A stretch of DNA of 64,000 bases from positions 5,267,092-5,331,091 of the forward strand of contig BDGG01000003.1 in NCBI GenBank assembly GCA_001949185.1. Reading direction: 5' to 3'. Source of the stretch: Ramazzottius varieornatus (Eukaryota > Animalia > Tardigrada). Below the pieces are notes generated by a model, which worked only from the letters and a program-made list of their open reading frames with translations, ran no database searches and had not been told where the DNA came from. This document shows, one piece after another, positions 14,750 through 26,694 of the stretch. Both the position numbers and the translations under genes were made by a program. The stretch's first letter is position 1. Every line of letters starts with the position of its first letter.

Positions 14750-15352
14750 ATGTCGACCAAGCGAAGCTACGTCCTACCTGCGGGATTCGCCTCGGCTCCG
14801 TCGCCCACTGCCTCCAATGACTCGGCCATCGACAGCTGCTCGTCCAACAGCAACGACATCCCCGACTCCTCCACTGGCGTCACCATCAGCGGGACAGCTA
14901 CGCGCAAGCGCAAGCTCAACTTTGACAAGGATTCGGACAAGTATAGACAAAGGCGAGAACGGTAAGTGACACACTACCCCGTTTCGGTCGCGCACTCTAG
15001 CTTGTCCTCATCCTTGCCGTGCTTTGCAGGAACAACCAGGCTGTGAGGAAGAGGTAAGTGGGTCTGGAGCCTTTCCCAGTGGAAGGAGAATCTGACGGTA
15101 ATGTTTTGCAGTCGAGCCAAAGCTAAGAGCAAGAAGCAGGCCATCGACGACCAAGTGCGCCAGCTGATGCGGGACAAGCAGGATCTGATGAGGGTCAATC
15201 AAGATTTGGTCCTGAAGGTGGAGGTGCTGGAAAAGGAGCTAAATCTGATCCGCTCCTGGGTGGGACAGGAGGGCAAGAGCAAGGAAGAGGCCGGTGTCAC
15301 CGCCTGGCAGCCCGATCATCCGGAAGCCAAGGTGGAGGGTGGGGAGCATTGA
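14750..15352 (+). CDS. Short C/EBP-family bZIP factor, C/EBP-gamma-like (exons 14750-14961, 15030-15053, 15112-15352)
   Basis: The spliced product reads DKDSDKYRQRRERNNQAVRKSRAKAKSKK followed by a leucine zipper. Both introns are GTAAGT...CAG and keep the frame. An upstream coding exon cannot be excluded. Confidence 0.82.
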
Positions 15353-16772
15353 TGGAAGCGTCAAAGTATTCATCTCTCATCTGCACATCTTCCTCTCCTC
15401 CTCGCTCGATCCTCCTCGTCAGACAAGACCTGCAAAGCGCGCCCTTCGTATCTTCAGCCCCGCGTTTTTGTTTAAATCTGTGCACATATCCATTATACAT
15501 GATAGCTTTTTTCATTTTGTGTTTTTCCCAATATCGCCAGTTGGCCATCGCATCAGCGGGGCCCTTCGCTGACGCGCGGACCTCGATCTTTACCGGGAGC
15601 AATCAGCTGTCGTCATCGAATTCAACAAGGGATGGCCCCTCCACCCCTGGCGTCCACCCTGCAAGCTGTGCCCTCACCACCGTGTGTACCGGACGGAGCC
15701 CGTGCCGGCGACCCTTGTTTTTAGGTAAAGGGCACTCGGCACTTCCTGGTTCACGGTTCGCTGGGGCAGTTTCCTCACATTTCAATTTTCCAAGTCCTCT
15801 TTTCTTCTGTTACCATTTACCTGGGTCTTTTCCACTACTTCCTCTCGCCACCGCTATCGTCCACATCTTATCGTTTCTTCGCTATCACGGTGACATATGT
15901 ACCCAGTGCTGACATGAGTACGGGGAAGTTGGGCAATGTGTCAAAAGTGTGCAACGGTCGCTGATGCAAACATGGACTTCATTTCCCATCGTCATCGTCG
16001 TCACCGGTCCTTCTCCCTCTTCACCACTCTTCACACCCAACGGTCGAAACGTTCCTTTCCTGTGATCATCATGACGAAAAGATCTTGGAAAAAAGAAGAT
16101 AAAAGAGGATAATTTTCAAGTGCCCCCCGAAACATTGTTTTTCAATTTGTGAGTCTTGTGTTTTTGTTTTTGAATTAAAGTTTATTTTTGAGTCTTGTTT
16201 TTTGGTGAAGACGCCGGGAGGGGAGAAAGAGGGCTGTGTTTGCGCTAATAGGTCTGAAAACTCATGTCCGCACAAAATATCGGCTTGTAGAAAAATGTTA
16301 GAAAAAAATATTGTGATTTTGAGATGACTTTTCATGCTTTCCTTTGAACTCGCGAAGAACTGCCTCGTTGATGACGTCTCTTTTTCTCCCGTGTCGCTCT
16401 CTCGTTCTTGTGCAACTAGTGTTTTTCTATCTTTTCCATCGCCCAACACTTTTGTTGTCCATTTCGGTGTGCGCTCTGGAGAAATAGCCTCTCAACCTGA
16501 CTACTTTGTTTTTTTCTGTTTTTAAATACCAAAAAGTTTTCTGTTGTACAAAGTAAAAACAAATTCGCCAAACACGTTTCCGGGGTTTTGACTAGTCGCA
16601 ACATAGTTCGCAACAAGAAAAATTGTCCACTGTCTAACGTACAAACGAACTACTCCAGTCGTCCACTCACCTACATACAACGAACCATGACGATCAACGC
16701 AGCGTTCATGTATGCAGGTCCGTAAAAGGACGGCGCATTTTACCTCACAGAAATACAGAAACAATTTCAAAG

Positions 16773-19191
16773 TTATCGCTGTGGCCATTTTGCCATGGGG
16801 TTATATAGGAGACTGTATTTTCCAAAGCCCAATCGTTCTTTCCTGCAACAAGAAAACAAGAGTGGTCATGGAAGTTCTTGGGAAACAGGCCAAGAAGAAA
16901 TGTTCGCACTTGATTTCCGTCCTTTGCCACGAGAGAACATCCTTGCCCATTGGATCGATAAGAGGCCATTTCGACCGAGGAGGATCGGCTTTAAAGGGCG
17001 AGGTAACCTTGAGGCGCTTCTTGACCATTTCTTCGGCCATTTCACGTTTGTCGCGATACCGATCCAAGTACATGTTGAAGGGCTGATTGACCGGGTATCT
17101 CACCGGTCTGGCAATGTACTGCGCTTGATGCTCATACTCAAAAGCCGGCTCCAGCATATCTGGAACAGAGAAACGATGAGTGGAAATTCGCAATAAACAT
17201 TTCGACTTTCCATCAAAGCTCGGAAGAATCTTTAATCGCAAAACGTATCGTAGAATATCGCTCTCACAAGTGGCGCACGTGTCATTGTTATCGGCTGACA
17301 TGCGTGCGCTACTCAAGTGATGAACCACAAACACGAAAAGACTACGAAAACTCCACATCCATTTGCACGAGCTTCGTGTCGCTCCAAAGCTAGAGCTCTT
17401 TTCAAAACATCTAAGATATTGTTTTGTGGAAAATATTATACGGAAATCACGCGGAAAAAAGTTTTGAGTTTTCAAAGCAAAATAATATTTGAAGAAAATT
17501 ATCCGCAAACACACGACCGCAGAAAATGAACAGTAAGAAACCCACCAAGAGTTTTATGAAAGCATTTGGTTACGCTTTCGTCCCATTCGGAAGTGAAGAA
17601 GGCCAAGCCAGCCGGCGTAAGGACTTCTTGATGATGTCGGTAAAAGTCTTTGGTGCGGAAAGTACGTGACTGCAGGTCCGTGCTACTGCAAAGAGCGCCC
17701 CAAAAAACAACACTCGTTACTTGTCAAGTTATCACAAAATCCTCTTAGCGCTGAAACGGTTAGAGCATAGAAGGGTGGTTATCTATCGATTCGCTTCCGC
17801 CCACGTGCCTTAACGGCTTCATCAGTCAAGGAAGTCATCGTCATGCTCGACTTTCTTCCACACCCCAAATTAAAAGACCGGCAAGGTTTCTTCACACTTT
17901 ACTTACCGTTCAGAGGGAAGAACCATTCTCGAATACTCGATTTCACTTTCTTGTTTGTAAAGTACGAAAGCGTACCGGTGGAAACCGGTACCTCGAAGGG
18001 GAATCGGCTGAAGATAATCGACCAGTTTTTGGCCCTGGCTGATGTCACCACCGGGAATATTTCCTCTGAAAAAGACAAAATCGAGTCTACAGAGACGTCT
18101 CTATATTTTCATTAGAGATAAAACATCGAATAAGACTCATGTTTTCCAGGCGGAATATCCTCTTATCGATTCGAGAGCACTGTTAGGAGCACATCAAACA
18201 GGTTCACCAAGTGGCGCACGCTTCCATCCAATGGCGCTGGAAACATGCGCCACTGGGGCAAACAGCCATGTCGAGTCTGCTAGCGAACTCGGAAATCCCA
18301 TACGGACTGGATTTGACTTCCGAAAAAGCCACACTTACACCAAGTAGTGGACGTATTCACACTCGGGTTGCGTCAGATGGCCATCGAGGTTGGTTAGAAG
18401 CAACGTCCAGAGGGTATCTTGGGGAGCGGAGAACGTCACTTCCGGTGCGGCTAACGCCTAAAAACAACCTGCATCAATTTGAGAACTTTTATGATTGAGG
18501 GAAACGGTTCATAAAACGCATACATCGGCAGGACTGATCATATTTCCTCTGTACACTGGAGTATTAAAGCCTTCTTCGGAAGGAAATCGTATGTCCAGCG
18601 GGACTTGTGGGAGGAAGTAGGCTGCGCCGTACAAGTCTCGAAAGATGCCATAGTGCAGCGCGGCTCCACAGACTTGCTCAGAACTCTGCATGGCGTTCCA
18701 TTCCCTTTCAACTTCCTCTAAAGGTATTTGCACTACAAGAAAAACATTCTAATTTGTAAAAGAATGATATATGCCTTATATGAAATTTCTTATTACAAGA
18801 GCGATGTCGAGCTGCTCGTTCGAGCGCTGTGTCACTTCTGGCTTTTTTCAGTAGCTTTTCTCGTTCCTTCTCGAACAGCCGGTACTCTCTCCGTGTTCTG
18901 GGATTAGTGTAACCTATGTTGATCAGTCTCTCGGCTTCGGAATCACGAGGATTTCTCTCTGCAAAGGAAAACGTCATTATTCGATGTTTTGTTTGCCTTT
19001 AGTCGAATTTCGAGCAGCATTTCACCTTCTTGACGCTGTTCAAAGCTTTGTAGAATTTCAGGTTCTCGAAACCCGATCAGATCCAATCCACTGTTTTTCA
19101 GGCGAGGCCAGCCAACGTGTCGAGATCGGGTGAGTGGAACGTGGAGTCCTTTTTGCAGCTTCAGGATCAAAGAGGGTAAAACCAGCGCCAT
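16773..19191 (-). CDS. mRpL38: Mitochondrial ribosomal protein L38 (PEBP-like domain), multi-exon
   Basis: Transit-peptide-like start [17 protein letters not shown], followed by [55 protein letters not shown] and [17 protein letters not shown], all typical of mRpL38. Confidence 0.85.
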
Positions 19192-19726
19192 GGCTTCGCG
19201 TTTCCGGTGAGGCAAGTAGAGCGAGATGTCGAGGGATCCGTGTCCGCGGCAGCTAGATCATGGGAAAACCCAAACCTGCGAAACAATCGGTTATCGGCGA
19301 TCAATAGGGAAGCTTTGGAGAGAAGGAGAATGTCAAAGCAAATGTTGAGTGCGAGAACTGCGAAACAGTCGGCAAGGTCGGATCAGCTGGTGGATACTGT
19401 CATGGTAGACAGCTGCGAGGACGTTCGTCACTAAACGTACGAAAATCTTCTGATCCAAACACTGACAAAATCGTTCTGTTAGAGACGTCGTGCGTGAGCC
19501 GAGCCGGACCGGAGGAAATCTGAAGGATTGATTGGATGCATTGATTGTTTACACTACACAGTTGGCCCTGCCCAGCTTGACGTTATCCAGCTGGTGTGAT
19601 GACTTATTAATTTTGACGTAGCAGGCCGTGCCCCAGTCCAGTTCACGTTTTCCGCTCGACAGAGTAGCGACAGAGTAGCGCAGTAAGCTGACCAGAAGGC
19701 TGAACACTGTTTCCGCTCTGGCCACG
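19192..19726. promoter_or_regulatory. Probable bidirectional promoter between mRpL38 and IWS1
   Basis: Head-to-head start codons about 535 bp apart, with an ATTGG (reverse CCAAT) element near 19531. Confidence 0.4.
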
Positions 19727-22313
19727 ATGACAAGCTTCAACGAGTTCGAGGATCCCATCAATGGCTTTGCCGAAGGACCTCAAGACGACTTTGGACTGGA
19801 CGGAAGTGCTCCATTGAACAAGTAAGTCTCATGCTAGTGAGCTCAGTCTGTTAGAAAACGTGGCGGTCAATCCTTGTTACTCCTTCTCAGTCCTCTTGGC
19901 TTGAGTGATCAGGATGTCCAGCTGGAGTTCGACAACTTCAAGACTGTCAGTCCAACTTACAACGATAACGACGCCTTCCCAACGGTCAGTCCAACGTATA
20001 ACCCCGAAATCGACGAGGAGGAGCAGACGGTCACCACAGAAGAACCGAACGCACCTCAAACACCTACATACACTCCGTAAGCAAGCATTAATTCTGGTTT
20101 TATAAGAGCTGACAGTTTCGTCGCTTGATATTGTGCTTATACAGGGATGCGTCCCCTCCGCCAGATATTTCCATCGCTACACGGGACGATGAAGATGACT
20201 TGGAACGGAACGAACATGGTAATAAAGCTAGGAAACGCAGAGGTCTTCTCAAGTGGCGCATGCTTCGCTGATATTGGTCGAGGGCGTGCGCCAGTTTGAA
20301 AAATAATCTTAGCAAGCTTGATTATTTTCTAAAGTGGCGCACGGTTTCAGCCAGTAAGCGTGGAAGTGCGCCCCACTTGGGAGAACGGGTTTGGCCGAGT
20401 TTGTTTGCCGGGTTGCCGAATAATCTCGCTCAATCTCTTTTTGACGAAAGCATTCGGTGGTGTTTGGCCGTCAACGATTGGTTTTCGTAGAGACACCTTC
20501 GCAGCCGGCACCTTCCACCCAGACCTTGTTTGGTAGCGATTCCGAGGACGAAGATTTACGTTCGAAGCCATCGCTTGGTAATACAGGCGACGCGGATGAG
20601 ACTCAAGAAGAACAGGGACATGGAAAAGGCAAGAAGTCGGCTGGAGGAGATGACGATAATAGTGACAATGCCAGTATCAAGTCAGATCCGGCAGAGTACG
20701 TGCTTTTCCATGGGTTTGATTGCCTTGGTTTGATGGAGCAAGAGGATGTGAAAAGAATACTGTGATGCTGAGGTTCTTGGTTGTAGTGAGAAGCTGACGG
20801 ACTTCGACCTGATGATGTTAAAGAAGTCGGAGGAGCGTCGACAGACTTACCGACGTCGAAAGCGCGGCGATACGGAGTTCATCAACGACCAAGACGATGT
20901 CATTCAAGCCATGATTGCTGAGATGAAGAAGGCAGCTGACGCTGACCGGAAAGCCAACCAGCGCAACGAATGTGCTTTCAGCAAGCTGACGATGCTGCCC
21001 AAAGTGGTCAACTCTCTCCAGAAACAAGATCTCCAGACGGCATTCCTGGACTGCGGAATACTGTCTGCGCTTGCCGTAAGAAACTCTTTGTAGTTTGGAT
21101 ATTTTACTTTCTGTGCCAGAAAGGCTCTGGAGAATTCTTATCACTACGCGTACCGAATTGGGAATAGAGCAGACAAACTCGACCAGGTGGTCGTCCCAAG
21201 TGGCTGACGCCTACGGTTTTATTGGCAAGAAGTGTGCACCACTTGGGGGGAAACATCTGGCCCAGTTCGGTTGTTTCCTTGAGCGGCGCACTTTTCTAGT
21301 GGTTTTGGCTGGAAGCGTGCGCCACGTGGGAAGCGGTCTGGTGGCGGCTGATGGCTTTTCCAGGTGGCGCACTTTTTTAGCGTTGTAAGCTGGAAGCGTG
21401 CGCCGATTGATGATACGATCATTGTGAGTTTGTTTGTCGGCCTTTCGGTTTCACTTTGAATGTAAATGTCATCTGATTTTGTTTTGGATAGGATTGGCTG
21501 GCTCCTCTTCCCGATGGCAACTTGACACACCTAAAGATCCGCGAATCGGTACTGAAGCTTCTGGGCGATATGACAACGGTATCGCCTGAGCAGTTGAAGA
21601 ACAGCGGCATTGGCAAAGCTGTTATGCTGCTGTTCAAACACCCGAAGGAAATGAAGGAGAATCGCGCAAAGGCCGGCAAACTTATCCGTAAGAAAGCATT
21701 CCTTCAAACACAATTTTAGTAAAATGAACAAGGCGTTTTGTCCTGACAGAGGAATGGTCGCGGCCAATCTTCGGGACAAGCGCCAACTACCGCTCGATGA
21801 CGCGAGAGGAGCGCGAAGAACGAGACATGGACCTGATGTCGGAGAATCGGCGAAAGAGCGCTGGCCGCTCCAGCACGGTGGATAACGATGAGGAGGAAGA
21901 TGATGAGGATGAAGAGGGAAACCCGACGCCCAAGAGGAAACGCAAGGCTAAGAGCAACCCGGAAGGAGAGGACGAAGTGGACGTCAACAAAGACATTCCT
22001 CGAGCAAGAGTTCCCCAGCCATCCATGAAAGACTACGTTATCCGACCCAAGTCTAACCTCATGATGGAAGCCACCGAAGGCACCAACCGACGAGTAAGCT
22101 AAAAATGTGCCAACTTTTAGGGCTTGTCCCGCGGCTGTCTACTTGGAATGAATACCGTACCGCCACGAAGTCAAGTCTAACAGAAGAATGTTTCAGGGTT
22201 CAGCCAAGAAGGACAACCGCTTCGAGAAGCGTATCCGTGGAATCAAGGAGCAACAGCGAACGGCAAAGGGTCTGAAAGGTGCGTCGGTAAGCCTGGAAGG
22301 ACGCAAAATGTAG
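19727..22313 (+). CDS. IWS1: IWS1/Spn1 transcription elongation factor, multi-exon
   Basis: Acidic N-terminus; [28 protein letters not shown]; [10 protein letters not shown]; [20 protein letters not shown]; EWSRPIFG; [16 protein letters not shown]; C-terminal SLEGRKM. Confidence 0.9.
21198..21407 (+). repeat. Example three-unit palindromic cluster in an IWS1 intron
   Basis: Three arm-spacer-arm units with a period of about 82 bp, all with spacers in the same (T)GGCTGGAAGC-type orientation. Confidence 0.8.
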
Positions 22314-23853
22314 AAAAGGTGCTGGCGCTTTTGTGATAGATTGTTTTAACCATGGTATTGCTTTTACGCCGACTGATCTGTATACTGTAGATGGGCTTAG
22401 GAAAACGTTCTTCTCAGAGTCTGCTGAAATGTTTGCTCGTCCGGCGCGCTTTGTAAAGCCTCCAAAGGCCTGACTCCAACTGTCCATTCTCGTTTGATAA
22501 ATCAATTCTTGACTCTTCAAATGCTGGTATTTTCTGATAAATCATGTGAGACGTGTCAGGTACTTTTTCTGGATGAATTGCAAGGCGTAGCACGAAAGCT
22601 CAAGGGGAAACTCGGCTGTTGGACTAAATGAAGATTCCGCTGCGTTCGACGAAGCGCAATCTAGCATGAAATTTGGTTTAAGTGGATACTTCTTAGGGGT
22701 TCAAGAAGAAGAACCGTTTGGAGAAGCATGATTGAGGAGTGGAAAAGCAACTGTGAACGGCAAAGGCTCTGGAGAAAGCGTTCTAAAAGGACGGAACATG
22801 TGAAGAAGTGCATGGGGGTTTTCTTTGGTTCTATTTCGGACTTTGACGTTAAATTCTTTAGGCCGAAGATTCGACGAGGATGTCCAAGCGGAGACGACTG
22901 TCTTGTGGTAGGTTTTCTCGAGACATGCCTTGTGTACTAACCTTAAATTGCTGCGGTGGAACAAGGGCTCAAAGATACGCATTGGATAAGATGATTCGGC
23001 CGAAACACCAGCGAGAGGCTTTCTTGGATCGCGAAGGTACGTACAGATCTAGAGCGAGCAAGACATTCTGAAAACGTCTTGATGATGGTCTAGAGATCTA
23101 CCGCCGTGTTGGAAGGTGGAACTTCCTTGACAAACGATGACGGCAGAGGTGAGTCTTTCAGGGTCGAAGAAAGGAGTCAGGACTCAGGTGAAGGCAAAGA
23201 GGATATGTGAACAATTGGAGGTTGTCGGATGGACGTCCGTCCTTGTACTGTTCGAAAAGCGGGATGAATCTGAACCCCAGGACAGGTTTATCCGAGTCCA
23301 AAACGAACGGCCCGCCATAACCCGTGTGGTTCGCCGCTATACGTCCCAGTAATGGCAAGCCGTATGCTATCGGCTCCAGCAAGCCTTTTGTCATCAGTAT
23401 CATATGCTGATTGCTGTATTCTTTTGCGTTACTTATACGAGTAAGTTGTATCTTGATCCTGCCGAGTCGTTCGCGGAATGAAACCGAGCTTTATTATTCC
23501 AGAATCCTGACAGTGACAGCGATGGAGGAACACTCTCTGAACAGCAATATTCTCCGTGGGACTGAGTCCTTGATAGGTAAGTCATGAGTACGTTGCTGCA
23601 TCGAAGCTGTTGAGGACTGAATGCAGCTTGTATTATTTGTAGCTCATCGTCCCCCTGGAGAAGCCAGGAACAGTGTTCTGAAGAATGACGGGACCGGTGG
23701 ATGCTTATCGGACTGGTAAGAGGTGCGAGGTACGATTAACGGGCTTCTGCAGCAAGGTAACTCAAGCAGTTGGTGTCTAGATTAACCAACTAACTTGACG
23801 GCCAGATTATATCGTTAGTGTTCGTTTACAAAAATCTGTTTTTTGTATTTTAG

Positions 23854-24361
23854 CCTTGGATAACATTCCAACGGACTACGATGAGGACACATGGGAAGGT
23901 GCTAACTTGGTATGCATCGAAGATGGCGACAGAATTGCTGACATGGACGCTCTGAGATCGTGTATCAACAATAAAAAGCATATCGAGTTTTACTTCATCG
24001 GTCCAAATGCGCCAACCTACGAGGAGATTTCTCTGGATATCGAATGGGTGGTTGAACTGTACAAAGAACTGCAGGAGAGCGAGCATGTCAGCTTGATGAT
24101 AAATAAGTGGGTTGACTTCCGCATGAGAGATCTAGAGGTAAGGTGGCACTGCGAGTCTCACAGTCTGTGATCGCGCCTAAAGTATCGGTTGGCTATCGAC
24201 TCGTTCCCTTGTATTTCCTGCAGACAATCCTCTTCGCTGCATGCGACTTGCTGGCTGTAAGAGTTGGACACTCCTCGGAGAAGGCCGGAGCCTTTCAAGA
24301 AAGAACTGGAAAATTCTTGATCCGTTCCAGAGGAACCCCTTATTATCGTCCGTTTCCGTGA
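23854..24361 (+). CDS. Two exon-like segments of an unidentified gene or pseudogene
   Basis: Acceptor TTTTAG at about 23853, an open acidic segment (LDNIPTDYDEDTWEG...RDLE), a GTAAGG donor, a CCTGCAG acceptor at about 24222 and an in-frame terminal exon. Upstream 22560-23760 has splice-like signals but stops in all frames. Confidence 0.3.
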
Positions 24362-24754
24362 AACGGCAGTGCGTGTAGAGTAGTCGACGAAAAGTAGCGG
24401 AAGACGATCGTAGGCGATATTTCTCACTGCGTAGTTTTGTCCCTTTTACCAATGTTGTGCTTTGCAGTGCGTTTATAATTAATGCGTTTCGTCGCCTATT
24501 TGCACGTCAGAATATCATGTCGAGCAGCCCGTGCTTCGGATGTATTACCAATTTCGCATCAACTTGATTAAAACATACACAAAGCCGACACCTACGCTTT
24601 ACGGTGCGGACAGAATTGAAATTTATGATCTTTTACTGCATAACAATGAGCCTTGCAATTCTACCTCCTTCGCACCGAAGCTTTCTTCGACCAAATCGAT
24701 CAGTAGCTCCGCCGAAACCGCGCACTGAAAGCTGAGGGATATTCGGGTTGCGCC

Positions 24755-25954
24755 ATGGCATCCGCTTTTCATCGATATACCAAAGTGGAAACGGTCAATC
24801 TTCCTCCCCAAACCACGACCAGGAAGTTGTCGGTCAATACGCAGAAGTCTTCCCGTCCGCCGATACCACAACGGAACAGTGCCACCTCGATACCCTCAGC
24901 GGAAGTAAGACTGGTCTCTGGTTCCGAAATTCCATTCGGCAGCTCGCCAGACAAACTTGACAAGATCGTTGTCACAAGTGGCGCACGTCTCCAGTGCTAC
25001 TGGACGATAGAGTGCGCCACTCGGAAAAACGAGCCGGTCGAGTTTGGCTTACGTTCGCGGTATTGTTGGTTGAAATCGCGAAAACGATCATGTCCAGTTC
25101 GACTGTTTTTCAAAGTGGCGCACATTTCCGAACTTCTTGGCTGGAAAGGCGCGCCACATGTCAACACCGGTCTTGTCCAGTTTGCTGGCTGGTCCCGTTT
25201 GATCGGACAAATCTTTTTGGTGTAGGTCATTTTGGAGCATTCAGGCTCTGGAAGAAGATTCAGCGAAACCATTCAAGTTCTTGCCGACACCCCGCCATCA
25301 AACAACTCACCACCAGGAAGCGATCCAGGACGACAGTTAAGTCCACGGAGACCTTTCGTCATCTATCGTACCTCCAGCAGACTCATCCCCCCCTTATCCC
25401 ATGCTTTCATAGCCACGGCCCTCCTGATAGCCAACGTTAGTCAAGTCAGGAACTTCCTGAATGCACCTCGCGACGAACACTCGTTCTGGGACTATGTCAT
25501 ATGGGGACTCTGTGTGGCCATTTCTTGCCAGATTCTTGCAGCGGTTCTTCTCATCCTGTCCTACATTTCGTACCTGAAATGCGCCGAACAGAGAGAGGTG
25601 GTCGTGCCGAATCATAGACAAAGTCCTTCCAGATGTTTCAAGCTTGCGCGGGCCTTAGAAAGTCTCTACCTGATCCTGGCTTTCCTCATCATGGCTCTGA
25701 ATATCTTCACGGCGTTGTTTATCGAGAAGGATGATGGTTTAGGGGATAAAAGTGGAGACTTGGAGCTTCACTCGCTGTTCTACCCATCGACTGCTGTACC
25801 CATTACACAGAGAACGACGACGCGTTTGTTGAGCTGGGAAGGAATAGAATACCCTACCGCCAGACCTTTCTGGGTTGGGTCCACGTTGAGCACGCTGGAG
25901 ACCACAACGAACATCATCGCAGCCGTCAACTTCTCTGATATTCAGGAAGAATAA
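24755..25954 (+). CDS. Ninjurin-like two-TM membrane protein (exons 24755-24904, 25226-25954)
   Basis: TALLIANVSQV corresponds to the ninjurin ALLMANASQL motif. It is followed by two hydrophobic helices (VAISCQILAAVLLIL; LILAFLIMALNIFTALF). The intron is phase-0 GT-AG. Confidence 0.7.
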
Positions 25955-26694
25955 ACTACCAGATATACTCTTCTAATCTGAAACGTTTATATCCTTTCCA
26001 GTAGCCGTATACTTTATAAAACCCGTGGGCCATGGCCGCAGGTTTGCACCACATTCGAGGGCCGGAAGTTGCGAAGTACCGAGCAGCGCCACCTGTGGAG
26101 AACCTAAATGGGTACGCCTTTCGAAGGGCGTGACTAATAATAATCGCAAATTTTGCATTGTTGCTTCTTTTCCCGTTTCTTGTCCATCTTCTTCAGTTCT
26201 TCGGTTTTTCCCAAACGTGAAGTCAAGAAAACGCTCGCAGTACCTTCTTTCATAACGGCTGGGAAGGTTAGGTTCTGGATAGTGCAGGCGGGGAAGCAGA
26301 GTCTGTTGCCGTAAAGCTGCTTATCGGGATTGTTTGGACGTCGGCGTCCCTCTCACTGCCTTGGACAAGTATCATTTCCGGCTCATCCCGTGTAACGCTT
26401 ATCTTCTCGTTCCTTCGGACTTTTGTTGGCTGTTTGCGCTCAGAGCAACGCGGGAAGCTCACACGTTTCTGATCACGCAGTATCAGGTACGCAGAAGTGG
26501 GAATCCCCCTCGCTTGCGCAGTTTGTCGGAACGGTGCAGATTTACGCAACTACCCACTGGTGGCTCCGATCAATCACGTAACCGCTTGATTGATCAGTAA
26601 TCTGCTATTCGCATAAAAAGACTGGGTGCCGAATTTGAATGCGTTCTTATTTTGCAGACTTTATTCCTCTATTTTGCTTAATACATTTGTTGAA

